A stretch of 64,000 bases of DNA from Patescibacteria group bacterium (GCA_040384765.1 JAZKIQ010000004.1:58252-122251); one strand, 5' to 3'. Counted from the first letter of the stretch, positions 47,308-56,465 are shown. Notes: generated by a model not told the origin, from the letters alone. A program made the numbers and translations.

Positions 47308-49329
47308 ATGAAAAAAAATGTAGCTAGGTTCTTTCTCTTCGTTTTGCTCATCATTACGTCTTTTGGTACTCCGTCCCGAGTATCAGCTTTCACGGAGCTG
47401 GAAAGGGAAATACTTATCGCGAAGCTCCAGGCACAGATCACGGGGTTGCTTGCACAGCTCCAACAGCTCAAAGCTACTTCAACGAGCACGAGCTTTTGCC
47501 ACGATTTTAACCAAAATTTGGGCGTTTCTTCGTATGTGAATGATGTGGTTTTGCTCAAAGCGGCCCTGAACAAAGAGGGAATTAGCATCGACTCCAAGCC
47601 ACTGTTTGATGAAGATACGGCAACGGCAGTAATCGCGTTTCAGGCAAAGCATGGTATTCGTCAGACGGGATATGTGGGGCCTCTCACGCGTGGCAAGCTC
47701 AATCAGCTCTACCGTTGTGCAGTCGCAACACAGCAGTCTTCTTCGAAGCCGGCTCTTTCCACGTCGGCAACCCCTGTCATCTCCTACGTACAGGGGTCTT
47801 CGGGAGATCGAAATATCCTTCGCCTTGGTGAATCGGCAACGATCTTTGGGACCAATCTCCAGAACGCCGTGAATATACGTTTTTCTTCGAATGGATCGAC
47901 GGTAGCCCTCATTCCCGTTACCAATACGAATTTCTCTATTCTTACTTTTACCGTTCCCTCATCACTACCCGGCGCAACGATACTGACTGTCGAACTTCCT
48001 TCGAGTGCCGGTACGTGGACTGCCATCACGATCGCAAACAATAATCAAAATGTGCCAGCCATTACCTTCGTGGGTGGCAAGGATCGTCTCGATGGTCACA
48101 TGAGCATAGGATCAGTGACTCAAATAAACGGAAATTTCAACGGCACCATTACGTTAGGATATTTGCGAGGTGCAGCAGGTACCGTAGACCAAACATATTT
48201 TTTTACGCCGCTCACTCGATGTGATGGTACAAATGGAATACATTGTTTGTCGCCCATCGTGCCCGCAAATGTTCCGGCGGGGCAGTACATGCTCTATCTC
48301 GCGAATGCACATGGTACAAGTGCAGGCTTTCCGGTGGTTGTGGATGCGGCTGGAACTTTGCTGTCCTCCAAGCCGGACATTTCAGTTTCCTCGGTTACTT
48401 TCTTTCCGGCCAGTCCAAAGGTGAACGATCTTGTTACGGTGTCGGTGACAGTTACGAATAACAGTTCGGTAGACATCACGACCCCATTTTCGATCAACGT
48501 ACAAGGGACAGCGAAGTCCGTCAGTTTTCTTCAGGCACACACCAGTCAGATAGTGACAGTTAACAACGCTTTTTCATTTGCGGATCCGGGGGTGAAGACG
48601 CTCAATTTTCCGGTGGATATTTCCAATTCGATAGATGAAAGTAATGAGAACAACAACGTGTACGTTGCGATTCTCTCTTTTGTCACGAATGCGCCTTCTG
48701 TTTCCATTACATCACCGCGCGAGAAAACGTACTGGAAAAAGAATACTCTTGCAACATGGACATGGAAAATAAGTGAATCTCAGATGCCGGTCGATATCTG
48801 GCTCATTCGTCCGAACGGTGCAGGAAATCTAGTATTTGCGAAGTCATATCCTAGTAATGATGGAGTCTTCTCGTGGAATGTAGGACTTACCCCATTCGAG
48901 TGGAATATGGCGGATAATATTCCCAACGGTGAATATCGTGTCGCTGTGTGTCCGGCGGGAGCGGCGATAGGGTCTACGTGTGGAATATTTAGTACGACTA
49001 TCTATGGGTCTCAAGTAAAAGAGATAACGGTAACTTCGCCAGCGGCGGGAACCCAGCTTAGGCCTGGGGATACGGTGAGAGTTGTATTTGCGAGGCCTGT
49101 TGTAGGAGAAAAATATTCGGTTACCCTGTATGCAGGAGGTGTATATCCACTCGGTACGCTTATCGGTACGGATAGTTCCGAGCAGGCAGCTTTCTTTACT
49201 ATCCCTTCAAATACGGGTCTGTCGGCCGGGCTTGCTGTTATCGAGGTGAGCCAGCTTACGAGTGATGGGGTTAATTGCGTCAACTTTTGTACTCGTGCTG
49301 ATTCTGGAAACCTGACAATTACCCGCTAG
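47308..49329 (+). CDS. surface protein: PG-binding domain, IPT/TIG, CARDB and Ig-like domains
   Basis: Signal peptide; FDEDTATAVIAFQ..GYVGPLTRGKLN; PDISVSSV..VTVTN..IDESNENNN. Confidence 0.85.
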   Translation: MKKNVARFFLFVLLIITSFGTPSRVSAFTELEREILIAKLQAQITGLLAQLQQLKATSTSTSFCHDFNQNLGVSSYVNDVVLLKAALNKEGISIDSKPLFDEDTATAVIAFQAKHGIRQTGYVGPLTRGKLNQLYRCAVATQQSSSKPALSTSATPVISYVQGSSGDRNILRLGESATIFGTNLQNAVNIRFSSNGSTVALIPVTNTNFSILTFTVPSSLPGATILTVELPSSAGTWTAITIANNNQNVPAITFVGGKDRLDGHMSIGSVTQINGNFNGTITLGYLRGAAGTVDQTYFFTPLTRCDGTNGIHCLSPIVPANVPAGQYMLYLANAHGTSAGFPVVVDAAGTLLSSKPDISVSSVTFFPASPKVNDLVTVSVTVTNNSSVDITTPFSINVQGTAKSVSFLQAHTSQIVTVNNAFSFADPGVKTLNFPVDISNSIDESNENNNVYVAILSFVTNAPSVSITSPREKTYWKKNTLATWTWKISESQMPVDIWLIRPNGAGNLVFAKSYPSNDGVFSWNVGLTPFEWNMADNIPNGEYRVAVCPAGAAIGSTCGIFSTTIYGSQVKEITVTSPAAGTQLRPGDTVRVVFARPVVGEKYSVTLYAGGVYPLGTLIGTDSSEQAAFFTIPSNTGLSAGLAVIEVSQLTSDGVNCVNFCTRADSGNLTITR

Positions 49330-49342
49330 CCGTTAGGTGAGA

Positions 49343-49378
49343 AAAACAAAAGCCGCCCCTAGGGGCGGCTTTTGTTTT
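49343..49378. terminator. bidirectional intrinsic terminator
   Basis: AAAACAAAAGCCGCCCC-TA-GGGGCGGCTTTTGTTTT. Confidence 0.85.
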
Positions 49379-49382
49379 GCAT

Positions 49383-49538
49383 TTAGCGATAAAGCTTCTC
49401 GAGCTTCGCACTATTTGCTTGTGCCGAACGGTGCGCTTTCTCGGAGTAGGAGGTCCTGACCGTAGCAAAGGCAAGTTTCCGAGAAGTGCCAAGGGCGAGG
49501 ATAAGGATCGTTGCGATAACTGTAAGTGAAAGAATCAT
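49383..49538 (-). CDS. 51-aa membrane-anchored small protein (absent from the ORF track)
   Basis: MILSLTVIATILILALGTSRKLAF...KLEKLYR; TTGCAT/TACACT promoter upstream; ends at the terminator. Confidence 0.5.
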   Translation of the reverse strand: MILSLTVIATILILALGTSRKLAFATVRTSYSEKAHRSAQANSAKLEKLYR

Positions 49539-49660
49539 TGATGATAGTTCTGCTGATTGAAGCAGGAATGTAGTGTATTCCTCTGGAAAATCAATGCAAG
49601 CACGACAGTATATGAAGAGAGCCGTTTCCCAAGGGAAACGGCTCGTCCGGGCTTGCGCTG

Positions 49661-49873
49661 CTACTGCGTGTGGCTTGGGGCGCCGGGCACCCCTCCGATA
49701 CGCAGCATAATTTTTTGGGAGGCTGCCCTCCTGCTTGCGCGTGCCTCCTCGGCCAGTTTCTCCTCGAGGCGGCTCGGGCCGTGGAGTGCTGCGACTATAA
49801 CCACAGCAATTAGTCCCAAGATTACGCCGTACTCGATGAGTCCCTGCTTCTCTTCGCTGTACTTTTGGAACAT
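49661..49873 (-). CDS. Flp-type (type IVb) pilin-like small protein
   Basis: EEKQGLIEYGVILGLIAVVIVAAL; SD AGGGGTGA; hairpin downstream at 49618-49643. Confidence 0.65.
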   Translation of the reverse strand: MFQKYSEEKQGLIEYGVILGLIAVVIVAALHGPSRLEEKLAEEARASRRAASQKIMLRIGGVPGAPSHTQ

Positions 49874-49945
49874 TACATCACCCCTTTTAGGTGTTCCGTA
49901 TCTTTATATAATACCTTATTTTTCCTGATCTGTCTAGATGGCGTC

Positions 49946-50023
49946 TATTGCCTAGTGAAGTGAGCGTCGCGAAAATGTACTCACTTTCATGACCGAACGA
50001 ACGACGGCAAAAAAGGTGAGTAC
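49946..50023 (+). repeat. family B fold-back element, copy 2
   Basis: Near-identical to 35094-35175. Confidence 0.9.
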
Positions 50024-50060
50024 CCCGTCAGCTTTGCTGCGGACCCCAGTGTCAGTACTC

Positions 50061-50420
50061 TCACGCTGGGGTCCGAGGGCTTGCCCCGGGGTTAATACCC
50101 TTTATTTTTGCCGCAAGAATGAAGTCGTTTTCAGAAAGACCACCAATTGCATGGGTCGAGAGCTCGAGTCGAACAATGTTGTACGAGATCCAGATGTCAG
50201 GGTGGTGGCCTTCCTCTTCCGCAATTTTGGCAACAGCATTCACAAAATGCATTGATTGTTTAAAATCTTCGAATTTCCACTCCTTCATGAGCTTCTTTGC
50301 TCCATCGATTTTCCAGCTTGGGTCGCTGAGCTCGGAGAGAAGGGGAGCAATCTCGCTTTCCGTGAGTGGTGGCACGCCACCTTCGCACGGCACGCACTTT
50401 TTTTCGGCAAGCATGGTCAT
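50061..50420 (-). CDS. phhB: pterin-4-alpha-carbinolamine dehydratase
   Basis: CVPCEGG, AEEEGHHPDI and THAIGGLSENDFILAAKI. Confidence 0.93.
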   Translation of the reverse strand: MTMLAEKKCVPCEGGVPPLTESEIAPLLSELSDPSWKIDGAKKLMKEWKFEDFKQSMHFVNAVAKIAEEEGHHPDIWISYNIVRLELSTHAIGGLSENDFILAAKIKGINPGASPRTPA

Positions 50421-50473
50421 AACAAAATAGATGAAAAGTGTTAGTATCGCTAGTATATAACCTCATCATCGCT

Positions 50474-51037
50474 ATGGATATTTTCAAGAAAGGGTGGGTC
50501 TGGGTGATTGTCGCAGTTTTGGTGCTTGGTATCTGGGCTGTATCGTCCTACAACAGCTTCGTCTCGCTTTCCGAGGGCGCGGATACGCAGTGGGCACAGG
50601 TGGAGAATCAGTTCCAGCGCCGTTTTGACCTCGTGCCAAACCTCGTAGCTTCCGTAAAGGGTTCGCTTGCTCAAGAGCAGAAAGTGTTTGGTGACATTGC
50701 CGATGCTCGTACTCGGTATGCTGGGGCAGCATCAGTTGACGATAAGGTGGCGGCTGCAAACCAGCTCGAAGGCTCACTCGCGCGGCTTCTTGTGATTGTT
50801 GAAAGCTATCCCCAGCTCGCTTCGCAGGCAAATGTGCGTGCACTCATGGATGAGCTCGCTGGTACCGAAAACCGTATTGCTGTGGAGCGCGGCCGTTTCA
50901 ATGAAAAGGTGCAGGCGTACAATATCGCGGTAAAGCGCTTTCCGGGAGTGGTCACCGCATCACTTTTTGGATATAAGGAGCGAGCGCTGTTTAAGGCAAA
51001 CGAAAATGCCGACACTGCTCCGGCGGTTTCTCTCTAG
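50474..51037 (+). CDS. lemA: LemA family protein
   Basis: WAQVENQFQRRFDLVPNLV, ESYPQL and GTENRIAVER. Confidence 0.95.
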   Translation: MDIFKKGWVWVIVAVLVLGIWAVSSYNSFVSLSEGADTQWAQVENQFQRRFDLVPNLVASVKGSLAQEQKVFGDIADARTRYAGAASVDDKVAAANQLEGSLARLLVIVESYPQLASQANVRALMDELAGTENRIAVERGRFNEKVQAYNIAVKRFPGVVTASLFGYKERALFKANENADTAPAVSL

Positions 51038-51899
51038 ATCGGCTGCTCTTACACTCACGCTCCTTCTCGGGAGTGCGAGTGTGTATGCGGCAGTAGCTCT
51101 TCCTCCAGAGGGGTTTGTAAACGACCGTGCAAATCTTCTCTCGGAAGCCTATCGAGAGGCGCTTGAAACCGAGCTCAGAGAGTACGAGCAAATCTCAGGG
51201 AATGAGATCGCGCTTCTTGCCGTGCCCACTAGTCCCGAAGGCTCGATAGAGGAGTTCGCCGTGGAGGTGTTTGAAGAGTGGGGGATTGGAAAGAGCGACG
51301 CGGACAACGGGCTTTTGCTCGTGATTGCAAAGGAGGATCGAAAGATTCGAATAGAGGTAGGATACGGCCTCGAGTCGTATATTACCGATGGCCGAGCGGG
51401 TAGAATTATTCGAGACGATATGGCGCCCCTCTTCAAGGAAGGAGAGTACGACGAAGGGGTGGCGGCGGCAATCTTGAGGATCAAAGAGCATCTCTCGGGT
51501 GCGCCTGCTGGAGCAGCTGAAGAGAGTTCAGGAGATGAGTACGCGCCGTTTATTGTTCTCGGGTTCTTCTTTGTGCAGTTCGTGTTTGGTGGATTGCTTC
51601 ATGTGATGGCGAAGAGTAAAAGTGTTCTTCTTGGTGGAGGTTTGGGTATTGTCCTTGGTCTCGGGATAGGTTTTCTTGTAGGTCTTGGGTCGGTAGGGCT
51701 TATTTTCGCCCTCGCATTCTTTGGGGGCATCGGCACACTTTTTGACTGGCTTGTCTCGAACTATGCTTCAGAGCGCGTACGGAAGGGAGAATCGCCCTTT
51801 TGGGGTTATGGTGGTGGAGGAAGCAGCTCGGGAGATAGTGGATTTGGGGGCTTTGGAGGGGGTTTTTCGGGGGGAGGGGGAGCTTCAGGGGGCTGGTAA
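51006..51899 (+). CDS. TPM domain (YgcG-like) membrane protein
   Basis: [28 protein letters not shown] and a Gly-rich GGGASGGW end; follows lemA. Confidence 0.93.
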   Translation: MPTLLRRFLSRSAALTLTLLLGSASVYAAVALPPEGFVNDRANLLSEAYREALETELREYEQISGNEIALLAVPTSPEGSIEEFAVEVFEEWGIGKSDADNGLLLVIAKEDRKIRIEVGYGLESYITDGRAGRIIRDDMAPLFKEGEYDEGVAAAILRIKEHLSGAPAGAAEESSGDEYAPFIVLGFFFVQFVFGGLLHVMAKSKSVLLGGGLGIVLGLGIGFLVGLGSVGLIFALAFFGGIGTLFDWLVSNYASERVRKGESPFWGYGGGGSSSGDSGFGGFGGGFSGGGGASGGW

Positions 51900-51910
51900 A
51901 AGCCCTTGGT

Positions 51911-51938
51911 TTGACAGTATCCATAGGTTTGCTAATAT
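51911..51938 (+). promoter_or_regulatory. promoter restarting the S10 cluster at rpsS
   Basis: TTGACA-16 nt-TAATAT with extended TG. Confidence 0.7.
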
Positions 51939-51975
51939 GCTTGTCACGCACTTTGCGGCTTTTTCTTTTGAAAAG

Positions 51976-52323
51976 ATGGCACGATCCCTCAAAAAAGGAC
52001 CATATCTAGACCCTCGCGTTCTCAAAAAGATCGCAGGCAAGAAACCCGAAAGCACACCTCTCATCAAGACGTGGTCTCGGGCATGCCAAGTTTCTCCCGA
52101 GATGGTCGGGTTTCTCTTTGGTGTTCACAACGGCAAGATCTTTATCGAGGTGCGCTGCACCGAAGATATGGTAGGCCACCGCCTTGGAGAGTTTTCACCA
52201 ACGCGCAAGTTTATCCGCCACGGTGGAAAGATGCAGAAGGAGCTTGAGCTGAAGAAGAAAGAGTCCGAGGTTGCAGCAGCAAAGGCCGCTAAAGAGGCGC
52301 CAGCTGCCGCACCGAAAAAATAG
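51976..52323 (+). CDS. rpsS: 30S ribosomal protein S19 with a C-terminal extension
   Basis: [10 protein letters not shown] and [13 protein letters not shown]. Confidence 0.98.
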   Translation: MARSLKKGPYLDPRVLKKIAGKKPESTPLIKTWSRACQVSPEMVGFLFGVHNGKIFIEVRCTEDMVGHRLGEFSPTRKFIRHGGKMQKELELKKKESEVAAAKAAKEAPAAAPKK

Positions 52324-52335
52324 TTTTTATATCCC

Positions 52336-52680
52336 ATGGAAGTACGCGCATCACTCAACCGCTATCGCCAGTCTCCTCGCAAGGTCCGCCTTGTGGCTGC
52401 TGCTATTAACGGAAAGCGTGCTTCCGAGGCTCTCGTCTTTCTCGGCGTAACAGCGAAGCGTTCTGCTGGGCCAATCGCGAAGCTTGTATCGAGCGCCGTT
52501 GCAAACGCAAAGAACCGCCAGCTCGACATTGAGACACTCTATGTCAAAAGCGTTACGGTGAACGAGGGTCCAACTCTAAAGCGTTTTATGCCCCGCGCCT
52601 TCGGCGTTGCAAAGCGCATCAACAAGCGTACATCGCATGTTGAGATCGTACTTTCAGACGAAAAGAAGGCAAAGAAATAA
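52336..52680 (+). CDS. rplV: 50S ribosomal protein L22
   Basis: SPRKVRLV and KRTSHV. Confidence 0.98.
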   Translation: MEVRASLNRYRQSPRKVRLVAAAINGKRASEALVFLGVTAKRSAGPIAKLVSSAVANAKNRQLDIETLYVKSVTVNEGPTLKRFMPRAFGVAKRINKRTSHVEIVLSDEKKAKK

Positions 52681-52684
52681 TTTT

Positions 52685-53344
52685 ATGTCGCATACAGTAC
52701 ATCCATACTCCCACCGCCTCGGCATTCTTCGTGACTGGAAGTCTCGCTGGTTTGGTGCGCGCGGCATGTATCAGAAATACCTCAAGCAGGATATTCTCCT
52801 TCGCGAGTTTCTCGAGCTCCGTCTTCGCGGCATGTATGTAAACTCTATCGAGATGGAGCGCGGCCAGAACACGCTTCGCGTTATCTTGAAGACGTCTCGT
52901 CCGGGTATGATCATCGGCCGATCGGGGGAGGGCGCGCAGAAGCTCCGCAACGACATCATCAAGAAGCTCAGCCGCATCAAGGCTCCAATGCCAGGTGACG
53001 TTCGTATCGATATTGAAGAGGTTCGCGTACCGGAGGCTCACTCTGCGATTGTTTCTCAGATGATTGCTGAACAGCTTGAAAAGCGGTTGCCGTTTAAGCG
53101 CGTGATGAAGCAGACGATCGAGAAAGTGCTTGCAAATAAAGGGGTGGCAGGGGTGAAGATCACTCTGTCTGGCCGTCTCGGCGGTGCAGAGATGGGGCGT
53201 GTTGAAACGCTCAAAAAGGGCCGTCTTCCGCTCCAGACCCTTCGCGCTGATATCGACTTTGCTCGCGAGAAGGCCCATCTTTCATACGGAGATATCGGAA
53301 TCAAGGTATGGATTTACAAAGGTGATGTATTTCCTACCAAATAA
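52685..53344 (+). CDS. rpsC: 30S ribosomal protein S3
   Basis: RPGMIIGR, SGRLGGAE and GIKVWIYKG. Confidence 0.98.
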   Translation: MSHTVHPYSHRLGILRDWKSRWFGARGMYQKYLKQDILLREFLELRLRGMYVNSIEMERGQNTLRVILKTSRPGMIIGRSGEGAQKLRNDIIKKLSRIKAPMPGDVRIDIEEVRVPEAHSAIVSQMIAEQLEKRLPFKRVMKQTIEKVLANKGVAGVKITLSGRLGGAEMGRVETLKKGRLPLQTLRADIDFAREKAHLSYGDIGIKVWIYKGDVFPTK

Positions 53345-53350
53345 ACTGCC

Positions 53351-53770
53351 ATGCTTTTCCCTAAAAAAGTAAAACATCGCAAGTGGCACGTAATGCGATC
53401 AAATCCGAAGAAGAAGCGCGTAGAGACGCGTGGCACTACGGTTGCATTCGGTTCGTTTGGGCTGAAAGCGACGACACCCGCTCGTATCAAGTCGACGCAG
53501 ATCGAAGCTGCCAGGAAGGCAATGCAGCGAAACCTCAAGAAAGCTGGCCGTATCTGGATTCGCATCTTCCCAGACATGCCATATGTAGGGCGTTCGGGAG
53601 AGGTGGGCATGGGTAAGGGAAAGGGTGATCCCCAGGGATATGTCTTTCAGGTATGGCCAGGACGCGTACTTTTTGAGATCGACGGTGTTGATGATGCGCT
53701 TGCGCACGACACGCTGATGAAGGGGTCTGCAAAGCTCCCGTTAACTGCGCGCGTTGTTGCTCGAACATAA
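53351..53770 (+). CDS. rplP: 50S ribosomal protein L16
   Basis: QIEAARK, WIRIFPD and MGKGKG. Confidence 0.98.
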   Translation: MLFPKKVKHRKWHVMRSNPKKKRVETRGTTVAFGSFGLKATTPARIKSTQIEAARKAMQRNLKKAGRIWIRIFPDMPYVGRSGEVGMGKGKGDPQGYVFQVWPGRVLFEIDGVDDALAHDTLMKGSAKLPLTARVVART

Positions 53771-53776
53771 ACTACT

Positions 53777-54034
53777 ATGACTGCTACCCCCACAAAACGA
53801 GAGGCAAGAACAATGAAAGGCGTCGTCGTGTCCGACAAGATGGACAAGACGGTGGTTGTCGTTGTTGAGCGATATGTTAAACACCCGAAGTACGGCAAAT
53901 ACCAGACGTTACGCAAGCGATTTAAGGCACATGACGAAGGAAATATGTACAAGACGGGAGACAAGGTAGTTATTGCCGAGTCAAAACCAATTTCAAAAGA
54001 TAAGTCGTTTGTTGTTGTTTCGAAAGCAGCTTAA
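53777..54034 (+). CDS. rpsQ: 30S ribosomal protein S17
   Basis: GVVVSDKMDKT and HPKYGK. Confidence 0.98.
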   Translation: MTATPTKREARTMKGVVVSDKMDKTVVVVVERYVKHPKYGKYQTLRKRFKAHDEGNMYKTGDKVVIAESKPISKDKSFVVVSKAA

Positions 54035-54039
54035 TTGCC

Positions 54040-54408
54040 ATGATACAGCCACGATCCATAGTAAAAATTGCAGACAACACGGGCGCCAAGATCGGCCGCA
54101 TCTTCAAGGTGCTTGGTGGATCAAAGCGTCGCTACGCTCGCATTGGCGATGTCGTTGTTCTCTCCGTGCAGGTTGCCGAGCCTCGCAAGGCCACAAAAAA
54201 GAAGGATGTGGTAAAAGCAGTTGTTGTTCGCTCGCGCAATCCGTACCGTCGCGCAGACGGCTCGTATGTTCGCTTCGACGAAAACGCAGTCGTGATCATC
54301 GACGCAAAGAAGGAGCCGATTGGCGGACGTATCTTCGGTCCTATCCCACGCGAGATCGTGGAGGCAGGGTATCAGAAGATTGGCTCGCTCGCTCCTGAAG
54401 TCGTTTAA
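54040..54408 (+). CDS. rplN: 50S ribosomal protein L14
   Basis: ADNTGAK, FDENAVV and SLAPEV. Confidence 0.99.
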   Translation: MIQPRSIVKIADNTGAKIGRIFKVLGGSKRRYARIGDVVVLSVQVAEPRKATKKKDVVKAVVVRSRNPYRRADGSYVRFDENAVVIIDAKKEPIGGRIFGPIPREIVEAGYQKIGSLAPEVV

Positions 54409-54417
54409 TGCACATAT

Positions 54418-54732
54418 ATGGCAGCTACACTTAAAAAATCAGATACGGTTATCGTGCTTTCAGGAAAGGATGCAGGAAAGAAGGGGAAGATCCTTCGTGT
54501 GTTTCCGAGCGATCACAAAATCTTGGTGGAGGGTGTCAACGAGCAGAAGCGCCACCAGCGCCCATCTAAGTCAAACCAGAAAGGCCAGATCGTCACAAAG
54601 CTTTCTCCGATTCATATCTCAAACGCGCTTTACTACTGCTCGAAGTGTGGCAAAGGTGTGCGAATGGGGGCAAAGATGATTGGAGATAAGAAGGTCCGCG
54701 CCTGCAAAGGCTGCGGCGTCGAGCTTGCGTAA
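54418..54732 (+). CDS. rplX: 50S ribosomal protein L24
   Basis: SGKDAGKKG, VEGVN and PIHISN. Confidence 0.97.
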   Translation: MAATLKKSDTVIVLSGKDAGKKGKILRVFPSDHKILVEGVNEQKRHQRPSKSNQKGQIVTKLSPIHISNALYYCSKCGKGVRMGAKMIGDKKVRACKGCGVELA

Positions 54733-54788
54733 TATACCGAATAATCATGGAACCGGGCCAAGAGCTCCTAGTACAGGATTGAAATACT

Positions 54789-55325
54789 ATGAAAAACGAA
54801 CTGAAATCTCACTACATAAAAACGATCCCCGCCATCAAGGAGGAGCTTGGCATTAAGAATGTCATGGCCGTTCCAAAGATCACCAAGGTGGTGGTATCAA
54901 CGGGCACGGGCCGAAATCGTGATAAGAAGCGAGCAGCACTCATTGTTGACCGTCTTGCAAAGATTACTGGCCAAAAGCCGGCTTCGCGCGGTGCCAAGAA
55001 ATCGATCGCAAGCTTCAAGCTTCGCGAGGGTGAAATCATTGGATACCAGATTACTCTTCGTGGTGCTCGCATGTGGAGCTTTCTCTCAAAGCTGATCAAC
55101 GTGGCAATCCCACGTACCCGTGACTTCCGAGGTCTTGAGACAAAGGGAGTTGATGAGATGGGCAACTTCACGATGGGTGTAAAAGAGCATATTGTGTTCC
55201 CAGAGAGCGCCGACGAAGATATCAAGGATGTGTTCGGAATCGCTGTTACCGTAGTAACGACCGCAAAGGACAAGAAGTCTGCAGAATCGCTTCTCCGAGC
55301 CGTAGGGTTTCCGTTTAAGAAGTAA
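54789..55325 (+). CDS. rplE: 50S ribosomal protein L5
   Basis: ITGQKP, SIASFKLREG and PRTRDFRG. Confidence 0.98.
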   Translation: MKNELKSHYIKTIPAIKEELGIKNVMAVPKITKVVVSTGTGRNRDKKRAALIVDRLAKITGQKPASRGAKKSIASFKLREGEIIGYQITLRGARMWSFLSKLINVAIPRTRDFRGLETKGVDEMGNFTMGVKEHIVFPESADEDIKDVFGIAVTVVTTAKDKKSAESLLRAVGFPFKK

Positions 55326-55339
55326 ATTGTATTAAAGAT

Positions 55340-55371
55340 AAAAGGGCCCGGATCTCGTTCCGGGCCCTTTT
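55340..55371. terminator. bidirectional terminator after rplE
   Basis: AAAAGGGCCCGGA...TCCGGGCCCTTTT. Confidence 0.8.
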
Positions 55372-55372
55372 G

Positions 55373-55771
55373 CTATTCGTAGCCTCCCACCAGTTCCCAT
55401 GTCTGGTTTTCGGCGCATTTCGGAACCGTACACTCGAACAGTTCTACGCTGACATACCTGCTGCGCACGCCTTCTTGAGGCGAGAGAAGTTCGAGTGTCT
55501 TTTTGCATTTCATGGCACGCAAATGTACTCGGCAGGGCGGCTTGAAGAACTGTTCGTTTCTTTCGACTGTGCACTTCTTGCAGCCCTTGCGTAGACGCCA
55601 CTGATGCAGAAAGTCGCTATCAGAACGCGATTCGATGGCGATGAAAAGACACTGCCATGCATGAGAACAGCTTGCTTGTAATTGCGCCAACTCTTCCTCG
55701 GCAGATGAGATCTCGCGTTTGGCGGCTTCTATTCTTTGCTTCTGTTTTTGTACCAGGTCGAAAATGGCCAT
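55373..55771 (-). CDS. coiled-coil plus Cys-rich (zinc-binding) hypothetical protein
   Basis: SD GGAGGAG; CSH, CKKC, CRVH and C-x4-C. Confidence 0.65.
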   Translation of the reverse strand: MAIFDLVQKQKQRIEAAKREISSAEEELAQLQASCSHAWQCLFIAIESRSDSDFLHQWRLRKGCKKCTVERNEQFFKPPCRVHLRAMKCKKTLELLSPQEGVRSRYVSVELFECTVPKCAENQTWELVGGYE

Positions 55772-55847
55772 TCTCTCCTCCAGGTTTGTCTTGTCGCTAT
55801 AACTGCACAAGGTCAGGATAGGTTGTTTTTGTGTTACTATCGGGCGC

Positions 55848-56426
55848 ATGAACCTCGACTCGCTTCTTCGGTTTGTTGCGCTCACGCATGAATTTCAAAA
55901 AATAGAGCGCAAGCTGTATGTTGCCGGGCTGTCTCGCAAAGAGAATGATGTAGAGCACTCGTACCAACTGGCGCTCCTCGCGTGGTATGTAGTTTCAACG
56001 CAAAAGATTTCGCTTGATGTCGATAAGGTGATTCGGTATGCGATGGTGCATGACTTCGTCGAAGTGTTTGCCGGGGACACTTTTTTCTTTGGCGAGCGGA
56101 GTGGAAAAGAGGAACGCGAAAGGGAAGCGGCTTTGCGTTTACAGAAAGAGTATCCAGAATTTTCAGAGCTTCACGAGTGGATCGCTGCATATGAATCAAA
56201 AGCCGACCCGGAAAGCCTGTTTGTGTACGCACTTGATAAGGTGGTACCGATTTTAAATATCTATCTTGATGGCGGGCGAACTTGGAAGGAGCATGGGATA
56301 ACTTTCGAGCAGCTCTTTCTCAACAAACAAAAAGTGATTAACGAGCCTCGTGTACGAGTGCTTTTTGACGAACTTATGGCTCGCCTTCGTGACGAAGCCC
56401 CGAGTCTCTTTCCCGAGGATAGGTAA
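55848..56426 (+). CDS. HD-domain hydrolase (HD_3/YfbR-like)
   Basis: ENDVEHSY, MVHDFVEVFAGD and ALDK. Confidence 0.92.
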   Translation: MNLDSLLRFVALTHEFQKIERKLYVAGLSRKENDVEHSYQLALLAWYVVSTQKISLDVDKVIRYAMVHDFVEVFAGDTFFFGERSGKEEREREAALRLQKEYPEFSELHEWIAAYESKADPESLFVYALDKVVPILNIYLDGGRTWKEHGITFEQLFLNKQKVINEPRVRVLFDELMARLRDEAPSLFPEDR

Positions 56427-56465
56427 TACCTTGTTCATTTCATCTTTCTCCTCTATACTCATCCC

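Noticed and set aside
51721-51975. Long N-terminal extension on S19 (likewise the early starts listed for rpsC, tig, comEC and the giant kinase)
   Set aside because: These are ORF-caller artefacts that run through upstream genes, promoters or terminators.
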